Shown here piece by piece: positions 1 to 12,542 of a stretch of 40,463 nt of DNA. A model generated the notes under the pieces. It saw only the letters and a list, made by a program, of their open reading frames with translations. It was not told the origin of the DNA and ran no database searches. The number at the start of each line of letters is the position of its first letter. The first letter of the stretch is position 1. Position numbers and translations under genes: made by a program. Source of the stretch: Tubiluchus corallicola. Lineage: Eukaryota > Animalia > Priapulida. The stretch spans positions 1 to 40,463 of the forward strand of contig JAQGDQ010001450.1 of assembly GCA_030141605.1 (NCBI GenBank). Reading direction: 5' to 3'.

Positions 1-1062
1 ATCACCATTTAATTGCAGACATTCTCCAAATCACCACTTTAATTGCAGACGTTCTCGAAATCATTACTTAATTGCAGAAGGTCTTGAAATCACCACTTAA
101 TTGCAGACGTTCTTGAAATCATCACTTAATTGCAGACGTTCTTGAAATCATCACTTAATTGCAGACGTTCTCGAAATCACCACTTAATTGCAGACGTTCT
201 CGAAATCACCACTTAATTGCAGAAGTTCTTGAAATCACCACTTAATTGCAGAAGTTCTTGAAATCACCACTTAATTGCAGACTTTCTTGAAATCACCACT
301 TAATTGCAGAAGTTCTTGAAATCACCACTTAATTGCAGACGTTCTTGAAATCACCACTTAATTGCAGACGTTCTTTCGAAATCACCACTTAATTGCAGAC
401 GTTCTCGAAATCACCACTTAGGTGCAGACATTCTCCAAATCACCATTTAATTGCAGACATTCTCCAAATCACCACTTTAATTGCAGACGTTCTCGAAATC
501 ATTACTTAATTGCAGAAGTTCTTGAAATCACCACTTAATTGCAGACGTTCTTGAAATCATCACTTAATTGCAGACGTTCTTGAAATCATCACTTAATTGC
601 AGACGTTCTCGAAATCACCACTTAATTGCAGACGTTCTCGAAATCACCACTTAATTGCAGAAGTTCTTGAAATCACCACTTAATTGCAGAAGTTCTTGAA
701 ATCACCACTTAATTGCAGACTTTCTTGAAATCACCACTTAATTGCAGAAGTTCTTGAAATCACCACTTAATTGCAGAAGTTCTTGAAATCACCACTTAAT
801 TGCAGACGTTCTTGAAATCATCACTTAATTGCAGACGTTCTTGAAATCATCTCTTAATTGCAGACATTCTCCAAATCACCACTTAATTGCAGACGTTCTT
901 GAAATCACCACTTAGTTGGCAGACGTTCATGAAATCACCACTTAGTTGGCAGACGTTCATGAAATCACCACTTAGTTGGCAGACGTTCTTGAAATCACCA
1001 CTTAGTTGGCAGACGTTCATGAAATCACCACTTAGTTGGCAGACGTTCTTGAAATCACCACT
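1..1062. repeat. 29/30-bp minisatellite (GAAATCACCACTTAATTGCAGACGTTCTT), probably in an ABCC intron; runs off the window start
   Basis: About 36 visible tandem units; the last units from ~901 are a 30-bp variant (TTAGTTGGCAG); the variant pattern at position 1 recurs at 439. Confidence 0.97.
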
Positions 1063-1460
1063 TTCCCCAGGCACAGATATTCCAATCATAATTTTATTTG
1101 TTTAGTAGTTTGTCATTTTACATAATTATGGTACTATTTGACTATTATTTAACTGTCGTTTTACTGCACAAGAAAACCCTTTACTTACGTAAAGCTAGAA
1201 AAATATGTCATGCAATTTTATATCACTTACTCTCTGCCTTATTGCGCACAGAGCTGCATTAGCAGCATCGCTGTATAAAACTTGCAAATTTAAATTCACA
1301 TGATGACACAGCCATTTTGACAGTATGTTATTTGAAACAAGTTAAGATAACACTGTGTAAAGTTTTAAAAATAATCAGAGCACTTTTAGCACACTCTTCA
1401 CCAACTAACCAAAAATATAAAGAATTGTATGCTGTGAATAAGATGAAAAATGATTTTTTG

Positions 1461-1575
1461 GTAAGTCAGAAGTGCACACTGGGAAGGTGCGTCAGTGGTG
1501 CACACTGGGAAGGTGAGTCAGTGGTGCACACTGGGAAGGTAAGTCAGAGGTGCACACTGGGAAGGTGAGTCAGTG
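1461..1575. repeat. 26-bp tandem repeat, ~4.5 copies
   Basis: Unit GTRAGTCAGWRGTGCACACTGGGAAG at 1461, 1487, 1513, 1539, partial at 1565. Confidence 0.93.
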
Positions 1576-1966
1576 ATGCTGTGCCAGCTGGTGCAAACAT
1601 TTTAAATTACTAAGAATTTTTCTTTTCCACTTATATAAGTCTTTCAACCAGGTTACTGTAATGCAAAGTAATATAACTTGACTGGGAAGCTTTTTGGTAC
1701 CTACTTTAAAATTGCCTTTTCTCCCCCATCAAGTAATTATAGTTAAGCAAGTTTGGTAAAAAAAAATCCAACACTTATGAATGTTTTTTTTCAACAACTA
1801 TTTGTGGCCATGTACAAGGCTGAGGCCTAGGTTGGAAAGTTTGGTTTCTTTCACTTGTGTTCTAATGTAAGCCATGTGGCTGCAAGCTCAGTGAAACAAG
1901 GTTATTTACACTTCTGTGACAATGGCCCAAGATTGATGCAATAATGCAAGAAACTTTTTGCTGCAG

Positions 1967-2111
1967 GGTCATGGTGCTAGACCAGGGGAAAGTGAAGGAG
2001 TTTGACTCTCCAGAAAACCTCTTGGCTCGTTCAGATTCCATCTTCTACAGCCTGGCTAAGGAAGCTGGATTGGTCGCGAATGACAGGACCGACTCGCATT
2101 CACTGCAATGA
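1967..2111 (+). CDS. ABCC1: Terminal coding exon of an ABCC/MRP-family ABC transporter (end of NBD2); upstream exons are outside the window
   Basis: Acceptor ttttgctgcag|G then [47 protein letters not shown] (TGA 2109-2111), matching the recalled MRP1 C-terminus RVIVLDKG..E...P..LL....FYSMAKDAGLV; exact paralogue uncertain. Confidence 0.88.
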
Positions 2112-3946
2112 TGGCGGTTTTGTTCTTAGTATGTTAAGCTTTAGCTGTCACCTTAGCATGACAACTTTGTTTTTGGTTCAAGCAAAAAATGTGCTTAAAA
2201 ATGTGAAATTCTGATGTTTCATGACAAATGAGTGTATTTGTCAATGCTGACTAAGCAGGAGAAATGTCCATTGGAAAACGCACGTTATTGTTGCAACTCA
2301 ATTGTTTTTTCACATTCTTCACGGAGAATTAATATATCACGAGCAGTATTTTAGTAATTTTTAATAAATTTATGAATTTTTTTGTATAATTTTTACACGA
2401 ACGAGCAAATCTATTTACAAGTGGATAATGTACTTCCGTTACATTAATGTGATTAGCAAGCAATATGAATGCAGTCTGCAGAAAATCAAAACTGTGTTTA
2501 TAAGAAGACAAAAACTACTAGAACCACCCATCAATGATCATTAATGCACGAACACACCACGTGCTGGCCGGTTATGCAAAAGGTGCAACAAAAATTCACT
2601 GAAAAATGTTTTTCCTAGCGAAAAATCATCAAATTAGAATGCTACCGTTCTCATGCTACTCGGTACAAGTGAGAATTCTACAGTCCTATAGTCCACTTGT
2701 TTCTACTGGTATAGACTGGCTTCCTGGATGCCCGTTTAGTTCTAAAAACCAACTTTCTGAAGGTGTGGATTCGCGAAGATGTGCAGACTGTAGATTTGCA
2801 GAGCCTTGCCTCTTGGGGAGTTTCTAACTTGCATTTTTTAATAATAATAGAAACGCAGTTTACAAATGGACTCTTGTGATGTCGGCTTAATTAGTAATTG
2901 TCTACTTGACGAGAATTAATTAGTTTGGCACAGACATTTTGTGTTATATTTACAGTCATTTATTTACTGCAATGTTCGTTAATATTTCAAGTGGATTCAC
3001 GCACTTGACAGTCCAAAAGTACGAATCCAAAATTACGCAAGTTTTAAGTTTAATGTTAGACTTAAAAGTATAATGTTAAATTTAAAGTTAATTAATAGGA
3101 TTAATTGATTATGTGAACACTGTGGAGGCCCCCGGCGGGGCATTTCCTGTCTTAAATCTATCATTGCTAAGTCTAGGAAAAAGACAATCCGGTGTTCATG
3201 GATTTTGCAGATTATAGACATGGATATCTTGGTAATTCTGCGGATCTGTGGATCTAACATATCTTGACTCCACACATCTCTGGTTTATTTCTGTGTCTAC
3301 TAGTAAACAAAACTATGTCTATGACATCTCTTTACAAAGGGATATGTGTAAGTTACATCTAGCACACAACCCGACACAATCCCGTCTTTTAACTCAAGCT
3401 TGTAGCTTTTGCTGAAATTGTCCAAAAGAGTTTTTTTACCTGATGCTTTTTCGAATTGCTCTGATTCGCGAAGAAATACGTAAAGGTTTAAGGGTTGATA
3501 CAAACCAAAGATGAACTACCTGATACCTCAACATGTCCAAAATAATGACCATGGTTCACTTGAATCCAAACATTTGAATTCGACTTAAAATTTTCTTTAA
3601 TTGAAATTGAATTCGAATACAACATTGCGAATTCGAATAATTCAACACCTCATTCAGTTACATTCACTGTTTAACATGAAAATATTTGAACATGTTGCAG
3701 TCAGTAAAGCCACACTGTCTATGCACATTTTTTATTAGATTATTATAGTTTTCACTGTAGATATAGAACAAAGTTAGACAGTATTATAAAAAGAAACGAG
3801 TTTTATTAAAAACTTTAAGATACAAAATATTAAAAAGACGTCACAAACGTTTCTACTGCAGGCTGTTAGATGTACCTTAACAAGCCTTCTTCCTTTAATT
3901 TTGTTTACAAACATCTATTTGTACTTTCACTGTACACACCTCCTTC

Positions 3947-5020
3947 AAAGGCTGGCAGTAGAGGATGGTACGAAAAAAATACCGTACTTTGTACCTTTAA
4001 AAATATCGTACCGTAATTTCTTACCTTTAAAAATATCGTACCGTACCTACAAAATCTAATCGTACCGTAGCAGTACGATAAAATATCGTAGCATAGTTCC
4101 GTACCAAGTAGGATCTACTGCAAAAAGATAAAGAGTGGCGTAAAATTTAACTGCAAAATGATAAGTTTATCAATTATTGTTACGAATTTATGCATACTAT
4201 AAAAACAGAACTGCTGTTTGAACTTCCACAGGCTTATTATTTATTTTAGGTTGCAAAAGTTACACGAAATTATGTAAGAGATATAAAATTATTTTGCGTT
4301 ACTTTTTCTTAATAAATAATTTTGTGGTAGACACTGCGAGTTACGTTCGTTAACTAGTTTTCAAAGGCTGTCTTAAATTACGTGCTCACTAGTGACAAAC
4401 TTTTAATGATAATCCAAATTTAGAATCTTGCCTAAAACATTTGTAACTATACCAAGCAGGCTGCACAATTTAACGTGTTAGGTCGGTACGTTTTGAATTT
4501 CTTTCGTTGGCAAAGCAAATCTTTAACTTAAATGTTGCACTCAAGCTATGCAGATTTTTTGAAACAAGAACGAATGTAAGTAAGAATGGCACAGAAAAAA
4601 TGCGAGGTTTTTAGAGTGGCATTTTTACCTGCGTCATTTTACCGTTTCTATACAAATCTCAGAAATAACAGTTAGAACAGGTGTTACATGAATAGGTGTC
4701 AAACGTGGTAAGCAATATACCCAGTTTGTACAAGGACAACAATAAAGGTTAGTTAATTTACGAGAAATGACAACCGGCACTTCTAAATAACTTGCCGCTT
4801 TTCGCCCTCAAAGCGAACCAATCTAGTCGTTTTGTTTGCATGTGCTCTGTGTTAATTAGGGAAGAACAATAAGTCCCCACCCATGAGAGAAAACAAGTCG
4901 CACAAAGGTTACAAGAAGCTGAGCAAAATGGTACGAAAAAATATCGTAATTTCGTACCGTACAGTAATGTTGAAAAAATACTGTACCGTAATTTCGTACC
5001 GCACCGTACTGCCAGCCTTG
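3947..5020. mobile_element. Non-autonomous DNA transposon, hAT-like (~1.07 kb)
   Basis: TIRs AAGGCTGGCAGTA..GGTACGAAA / TTTCGTACC..TACTGCCAGCCTT; subterminal CGTACCGTA repeats at both ends; imperfect 8-bp flanks CCTCCTTC / CCTTCTTT; no transposase. Confidence 0.75.
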
Positions 5021-5578
5021 CCTTCTTTCCTTAACTTTATTTACAAACGTCTAGCCATACTTTTACTGTACATTCTTCTTATCTACAGGTCTGTTAATTC
5101 ATTACATCTTTGGCTTTCCTGTAAATGCATAATTAGTGAATTAGTGTATGCTCTGCCTATAAAACTGGTTGTTTGTAAAATCTATCACACTGAAGATGAC
5201 TGCAGACTGCGATGTTTTTTAACATTTTGTACCTTAAAGCTTTTAATAAAAAATTGTTTCTTGTTAATAAAATTGTGAATGCTAGTAAAAATTAAACGGT
5301 ACACGTGATCTTCGTGAGTCTGTTCTCTATTACTGATTCGAAATTACTTAATCCGAACTCGATTAGATCTTGAAATTCGGTTCTGATTGAAAGCCAAAAA
5401 TTCGATTCGAATGCAATTTCTGACAATATATGATCGGCTGTAATGTAACTTTCCCGGGCGAGGATAATAAGGAATACTGTTTGTGAATTACAGGAAAAAT
5501 CAAATGATGTTGGTGCTGCTGTTGTTCATTGTACAGTAACTGTAGATACTGTGCAATTTTTTTGAATTATATGAAATA

Positions 5579-6060
5579 CAGTCAACCTCGTATATAAGGG
5601 ACACCTCGGGACCGGAAAAAATTGTCCCTTATAGCCGAAGTTGAGTCAGACCGAGGTGTATCTAGCGAGCTCTTTATAACTCATCTGACAGCCTAACGCC
5701 CAATGAACCGTTTGTTGCAATGTATGTAATACACCTTGCGCTCTGACCTATTTCTATCATTACAGCCACAAGATTCGACCGTAGTCCAAGGGAATACAGT
5801 CGGTCCCACGCGGGGTCTTGGCATAGGTTTTTTAGGATGTAAAAAATATTTGATCATAGGGTCCCTTATATGCGAGGTAATTTACCTGGGTTTCTATTAC
5901 GCGGGACCTGAAGATATCATCCCTTATAACCGAAAGTCCCTTATATCCGAGTAGCTTATATACGAAGATTTTTTATAAGGAAAAACGTTACGAAAAATCA
6001 GGACTGGTGTTGGTGGGTGGTCCTTTATAAGCGAATGTCCCTTATACCCGAGGTTGACTG
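5579..6060. mobile_element. Tc1/mariner-pogo-type MITE (482 bp)
   Basis: 25-bp TIR CAGTCAACCTCGTATATAAGGGACA / TGTCCCTTATACCCGAGGTTGACTG (2 mismatches); TA TSD at 5577-5578 and 6061-6062; internal GTCCCTTATA repeats. Confidence 0.92.
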
Positions 6061-6894
6061 TATGTTGTTACTATTGTTAACTGTTGATTCTAATGATTGT
6101 ACATTTTATTATGAAAATTGCTGTAATAATTTTAGTAGGTTGATGCACAGGCGTATAATCACTCCACTACAATGTAATGTAAAAGGTATGTGATGCCATC
6201 TCTTGACTAAAGAAACAAGTATTATGTATTGGTACTGTTTTAAACAATCAAGAGCGAACATTTAATTGAAACAACATGGTTAAGATAAACGTTGGAGCTT
6301 CGTATCAAGTTTTGTTATACCAACTGCACAACAACAAGCTACATTAATATTATATTTTTATATCTATAAAGCAACTTTACACTTTGGGCCTTTTTTAAAC
6401 ATTCCACACTGCCAAAAATTATAACTTTTGTTTCCAGATTTTTTTGTACTGTTATTAAATTTTTAATTACTGATGAAATGTAATCATGTTACGAATGTAT
6501 TTTATGATCTTTTTACCATAAAAGGTGTTATTTGATAAGTATCAAAACAAATAAAAAATTTCATTCGAAACAACTGTATATGTATCAATTTTTGTAAAAA
6601 TATCGTCTGCATATTCTTGCTAAAATTTACGCGTGTACAGACTGCACTACAAAGTCCACTTTCTTGTGTATTTCAACTATCTCAATGTCATGACAGCTCA
6701 ACACGTGTGCTTCTGCCTCTGTACAGAATTAAATTCCAACTCTCAATTGAAAATTTTAGCTTTTTGATTTCTTAATACGATGAACCACTCTCAGATGCAG
6801 TCTTAATTCAGAGAAAGTTTATTTCCTAACACAAGGTTTTGGTTCTTGCAAAAAACTATACATCTGCCCCGCACACTGTCACGTGAAGATGAGA

Positions 6895-7157
6895 TCAAAT
6901 ATGGGTGTTAAATAGACTAATTGCTTCATCTATGTTGTGTATAGTTTCTATGGGTGTCCATTTTAATATAGGATTTGCTGTTGTGAAGCAGTCTTTTGCC
7001 GTTACATCAATCGTTTCTTCTTCTAGAGGAATAAAGAGCTTATACGAATGCAACATCATGCGATATGGAAGTACGTCGGTACGGTTACTATATGCATAAT
7101 CTCCTATGATTCGATGTCCAGTGTAATCACAATGAACTCGTATCTGGTGCCTTCGAC
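6895..7157 (-). CDS. RPUSD1: RluA-family pseudouridine synthase RPUSD1, exon 4 (last)
   Basis: ttttcag acceptor; (G)RRHQIRVHCDYTGHRIIGDYAY..PYRMMLHSYKL..NTHI*; RluA motifs GRxHQIRVH and MLH; phase matches exon 3. Confidence 0.95.
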
Positions 7158-8313
7158 CTGAAAACAGTAGTAAAATTTAAAAGTTAAGTAACACTAAGCC
7201 TAGTCAGTTAATGGACAGATGCTGTTCATTATTTACAGATGAATTTAACTGACGTTTAAGCAGAATATTATGCACACCGAGTATTTGTAAGACGCGCTTG
7301 ACAGTCCAGTGCCCGTTTTAAAGGATTATCTTTGATACGGATATAGAATCTGGTTCCACTGCAACCATTTCATTGGTTAGATCCTTCGCTTAAGTGACAG
7401 ACCCCAGTCTGTAAAGTGTTGAAGTTGAAATGTATGGAAAATGAAATAAGCATTACTAATTGCTTTAACAGTCCAATGACTTTGTTTGTCTTGTACGTTG
7501 AGCATACATTATGACATTAAGAATCTGAGTAAGAATTGTGTTATCGCCAATGCTTGAAAAATGCAACTGGTGTGGATTGCTGAATGAAAACAAAAACTAA
7601 CAAATCGGGAGAAGTACTACCTAATGGATGAAAGATGTACAACGCCTGCTGAACAAAAGAGGCACAGTGGCTTCTTCTCTAGCAAGGTGATGAATGATCC
7701 AAAATGCACGTCTAATTCAATAAATGGCAGATTGAGCTGCTTCTTTCAGTTTGACACTTGCATTTTGAGAAAGAGAGGCATATGAAAGGACAGAGCAGAT
7801 AAGATCAGTTGATTACATGTACTTATTTTTCATATGCCATATCCTCTATTTACCTTTAGTTTTGGATATTCTCAGTAATTATTATTACAAAACTTCAGTT
7901 AGAACAAAAAACCGTATATAAACATTGGTATCCAATCTGCTGCCACTACAGATCATCATCATCATCATCATCATCATATGCTAATTAAGTCTATTAGAGA
8001 CATTGGGCAGGCAGAATTCTAAAATAAAGGATACCTGCCCTCAAAACAAAAAAAAACTAGGCACCGCTATGCCAGTGGCTTGTCAGCACCACTTCCAATG
8101 CCAATGAATATATAAATGTTAACTTACTGCATGAAGAACAACTATAGGTGTTCTCTTGGCTCATAACTTCATAGTAATAAATCGACAGTAAGCAAACTAT
8201 ACTCAGTTTTTCAAGTCAAACAGTATGACTCCTAGTGACTATTTCAGTTGATATATTGCAGCTTTAACCCTAATGTATTTTATGCACTGACGTGTGCTGC
8301 TGAAATAATCTAC

Positions 8314-8518
8314 CTGTGACTGGCTTAACGAGCAATTTTGTAGCCGGATGCTTCCCGTAAAAACCTCGCTGTAATGTCACCAAGTATGTTAGTGCATCTC
8401 TAGCCTCCTCACAGTGTTTCTTATCAATGGTGCACATCTTTAGAGCTTCGGGTTGTGAGCCGTCCTTTCCGATGGGCTTATCAATCTTCAAAACGTCATC
8501 TTTGACATGTCCCCAGAC
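8314..8518 (-). CDS. RPUSD1: RPUSD1 exon 3
   Basis: AG/GT bounded, 205 nt: VWGHVKDDVLKIDKPIGKDGSQPEALKMCT..HPATKLLVKPVT(G); overlaps ORF 8270-8491. Confidence 0.93.
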
Positions 8519-9140
8519 CTAACATCATCAATATTTACGAAGCATTAATGCAACAGTTTGGTCAGCTTTATGGACAGACAAATAGACAAGCAGTCAGTGA
8601 ACATTTTGCTTATAAAACTTCCACTTCTTTTTCTACATTGGAAATGATCCCATTTCAAATGAATGACTCTTACAGTGATCAAGTAACACCATTAGTGTCT
8701 TAGAGCAATAAATCTCAGTAATACAGATACTGTAGCTGTTCAAGGCTCACTAAAGCCATGCCATTGCCAGTGCGAACTACTACGTAGAATTCCATCATAT
8801 AGATCATTAAAACAACAATTACTCTGGTTATTTGTCCACTCATAAAGTAAATTTATCTGAGGAGATTATGTAAATATAATAATAATAACGCAATCAATAA
8901 TACTGAAGCACGTGTACACCGCCGAAATAATTGTAACAAAGCCTCATGATGTTATGGAAATTGAGTACTAAATCAGGATTGGAGCATTACTAGATATTAG
9001 TTACAAAATATAGCAACAATAATGTTGATAGCAGAACCAAAAATTACTGGCAGATGGTGGTTCTTACCAGAGTTGTCAGAAATGTAGCTTTCTTTACAGT
9101 TGTGCATGCAAAAAGGATGTCAAAAGAGCTTTTGCCTTCA

Positions 9141-10381
9141 TTAAGGTCAATTGCACTGACTTTTTATTTTTCACTAAAGCTGCTTCAAAATGTTCTAATC
9201 TAAATTACAATTGACGTCTAACATAATGTCAATCATTTTCGTTGACTGCCCAATCAGCGTGCAAGTTATTTCGCACCCCTGCAGAGCTTAATTAACGCAG
9301 GTACGTTCGGGACATTTAGCTACAGACTGGCTCTAATGCTGCTATGAAAAATTCTCAACTTTTCATTAGTTAGTGGGAGAAATATTGGCTTGGTTTTAGA
9401 TTTTAATATTGTCAATTGAGATTGCAAGTGAATTAGTGGAAATATATATATAGTCTAGTTTCGTTTATTGGAAGAAATGCACAATGCTTACGTCTATGAG
9501 TTGCTGATTAAACCATTTTGCAATCAAGAAAATACACACTTTGGTTTGGTTTATGGCTTTGCAAGTTAGATAAAAACAACTATTTCATTAACTTTAAATA
9601 AGGACAAAACAAAATGTTTTCTTTTCTGGCCAGTTTTCATAAACCTTAATGAGATCTTCACAGTCAAAATTAATTCAAGAATAGTCAAAACTTATATTAT
9701 ACATTAATGTAATATTAGTTAATTTTACGCTATTTTTCTGGTTATAATCATGGTTGAAAGAAAGCTGCCATTGGGACTTATGTAACTCGCGCATTCAATA
9801 TAAGGGTCGTCTATGGAATGGAACAGTCAAATTTATTCCACTTCCGTAGCCTAGCAAACGGAAAAATGCAAAAACTGAATAAATCTTGCAGACGAGCACA
9901 TGATAAGTTAATATAGAAAAATACATCACAGGCATGCTGTTCGTATGTTTAAATGCAAGAGACAATATATTTTTGCAGCCCATTTATTGTAATAAACCTA
10001 GGCTAACTGGCTTAGTTTCTTTATTATACTTATGTCTCTGTATTTTGCAGTGGTTTGAAACTTCGTCTCCACATTCTGTTTAAATCGAAAAGTCATTTTT
10101 TGGCTACTTGAAGTTAATTTCGTGCAAAAATAGAAACTGGTCTGCAAATTTGTGTTTATGTTAAAGTGCAATCAGTTTATCTGCTGATTAGACATTAGTT
10201 GTGACTGTTAGTTTAGTTTAGTTTAGTTTAGTTTAGTTTAGTTTAGCTTAGACAGTTGTTGTCTTGCGTGGGCTGTTGTCCCGAATGCTGCTGAGCATGT
10301 TGATGTTACAGCAGGGGCGGAGCGATAGACCAATATGTTTGACGTCAATTGTAAAACAAAGTTAGAATCACCAGTGCAGTT
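9141..10381. mobile_element. Probable decayed TIR DNA transposon in RPUSD1 intron 2
   Basis: TTACAATTGACGTCTAACATA (9205-9225) vs TATGTTTGACGTCAATTGTAA (10334-10354), 20/21 inverted match, plus outer TGCACTG / CAGTGCA; termini and TSD unclear. Confidence 0.45.
10207..10251. repeat. (GTTTA)n microsatellite
   Basis: About 9 units visible. Confidence 0.9.
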
Positions 10382-11125
10382 AAATTACACACTAATCTAC
10401 CTAATATTAAGTATCATGTATTAAATTTCAGTAATTATAACAATAGCATTAATCATCATGAATTGCCATTAAGGGTAATCAATCCCCACTCAGAACAGTG
10501 ACACACGATGCCCTACTCAACTTTTTGAGTTTTCGATGATATTTTTCCAATTTTCCATTTCACATTCGCAACGTTCCTACAAAATGAACGTTGCAGAACA
10601 ATGATTCGAAACCACCATATTTTTTTATCAATAAAAATCTTTTGGCACAACGTGTAATTTTTGATCTTTGTTAGTAAGTTAAGATAAGCCGGGACAAAGC
10701 CAAGAAAGTTTAGTTGAAAAAAGCAAGCAGCAAAGTGTTGCAATTCTTCAGTCTGCACAGGTGAGAAATGATGGTTACAGCATGATAGCCATCTCCTATT
10801 ATATATTTATTTTTTACTTTAAGGCAAGACATTATAGTATGTAATCTATAATTTGGCAAAAAATACCAACTAATTTACCTATGCTGCTACCGTCACCAGA
10901 GCAATAATAGCAAATTAATCATTAATTAAGCTAAGTAGCTCAAGAGCTTAGGGATGAAGAGCCCCAGGTAATATCAATTAGATGACACCTTTTAGTATAA
11001 TATGGCATTGAATGAAGGATGGGACAGAAGAGTATCAAGGAGAGTTTTAGCAAAAACACTTAGATGCCTGCAATAGCAGTTAATCCCCACAAGTCAACTA
11101 CCGGCAACTACAATGTTTCACTTAC

Positions 11126-11249
11126 TAGAGCAAGGTACAGTTTCAACGCTTGTTTTTTGTAGAATGCATTTCCTCCATTAGCCGCTGCCTTTTTCGTCAA
11201 TGCAACGCATAATGCTCCACTTGTGGCAAAATCTAGTCGATGTACAAAT
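11126..11249 (-). CDS. RPUSD1: RPUSD1 exon 2 (catalytic motif)
   Basis: cag acceptor, gtaagt donor; FVHRLDFATSGALCVALTKKAAANGGNAFYKKQALKLYLAL with catalytic HRLD. Confidence 0.96.
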
Positions 11250-11479
11250 CTGTCAAACACGTATATCACATACTCAAAACATAATCAACACGTATATCAC
11301 ATACTCAAAACAAAACAAGTATCATTAAGTGTTTTATTCTTCTGACACAGAGGTCGTGGATAAACTGCAATGCAACTAGTACAACAAAAACAAACATGTT
11401 AATTTATTATTAACACTGCAAGTTGAGCAATGTTTCGACTTGTATAATTATTGTATGCACATAGCTAGCGTAAACTCAC

Positions 11480-11790
11480 CTAAATCCAAAGCATACAGAG
11501 TTATCCACTAAACTTGGAAAGTTCGCCGTCAACTGTTTAGAAACTGTGACAATTGGTTTAGTCTCATTACTATTAATGACTATGTCATAATTTTTATTGA
11601 CTACAATAAAGTTATTACTTTTGTAAAGCACTTCTAGTTCATGTAATTTAGGCAGTTTTCTTCCACTTACGAAATCCCGAAGTAAACTGACGAACTTATT
11701 GTAAAGAAAGTTAAATGAAGTAAACATAACACCTATCAAGTACACATAACTGAGGAAAATCCATGACACTATTAAAGAGAAAATTTTCAT
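11480..11790 (-). CDS. RPUSD1: RPUSD1 exon 1
   Basis: ATG at 11790; MKIFSLIVSWIF..LEVLYKSNNFIVVNKNYDIVINS..FGF(R), gtgagt donor; motif I IVVNK; start codon choice is inferred. Confidence 0.88.
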
Positions 11791-11943
11791 ACTAGGACGC
11801 TGACATTTTGTTTTCTCAACAGTATCATGTAATCGATAAAACCGACGTAATCGACAGGAAACTGAGCCTGAGCGCACAACCCATGCTGGACATGCAGTAG
11901 CAAAAGTTACCCAACTAATTTCTTGCTTCTATTTGGCGGCTAA

Positions 11944-12542
11944 AGCTTACGATACACTAAAGTGGCGTTTATGTAGCATGCGGATACGGATGCGTTTTCG
12001 AATGAGCAACAGCCTGCGGGAAAAAAATCAAGCCACAGAAAAAGAATAACGCATACGCAGGGTGCTTTGGAAAAAATATAAACAGATTTTATCTATTCCG
12101 CACCCCCAAAACGCATCCACGTGCTACATAAACGCTGCTTAAGCGTCCAGCATCTGGAAGTGAGAAAGAACACTATTTATAATTGTGAGTGGGTCATGAC
12201 AGCGCTGGAAGTTCTTCCTATTTTTTGAGCATTTGGCGTCCCTTGTGCAGCGTCTGAGCCTCAATCAGCCATTGATGACTGGACTAGGCCTATACTGGGC
12301 CATCTATAGTCAGCTATATGTCTATTTATGACTGAGCGTGCGAATTATTATAATATACGAATAAGTACGTAAAAAAGAACAGCATTGAAAAATAAAATTG
12401 AATTTGATATCGCCCATTTTGTTTTTCTGCGAAAAACATAGAGGTTAGACGCGAGACGTATTATACACAGTGAACACTAGATGTCGGGAGCGAGCAGCCA
12501 GACGCTGGAAGCTAGACGTCTGACACTGGACGTATCATAGCT
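11944..12542. mobile_element. Older PIF/Harbinger-like MITE interrupted by a younger one
   Basis: TAA at 11941-11943 and 12543-12545; ends AGCTTACGATAC..(insert)..CGTCCAG vs CTGGACGTATCATAGCT. Confidence 0.5.
11961..12139. mobile_element. PIF/Harbinger (Tourist-like) MITE, 179 bp
   Basis: TIR AGTGGCGTTTATGTAGCATGCGGAT / ATCCACGTGCTACATAAACGCTGCT; TAA TSD at 11958-11960 and 12140-12142. Confidence 0.82.

Noticed and set aside
883-1105. Repetitive ORFs on both strands
   Set aside because: Translations of the 30-bp satellite units
2002-2214. 70-aa ORF
   Set aside because: Wrong frame over the ABCC terminal exon and its UTR
11256-11311. 25-bp direct duplication beside the RPUSD1 exon-2 acceptor
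   Set aside because: The AG is not duplicated, so no evident consequence
11791-11877. Upstream extension of the RPUSD1 ORF
   Set aside because: Starts at GTG; the first ATG is at 11790
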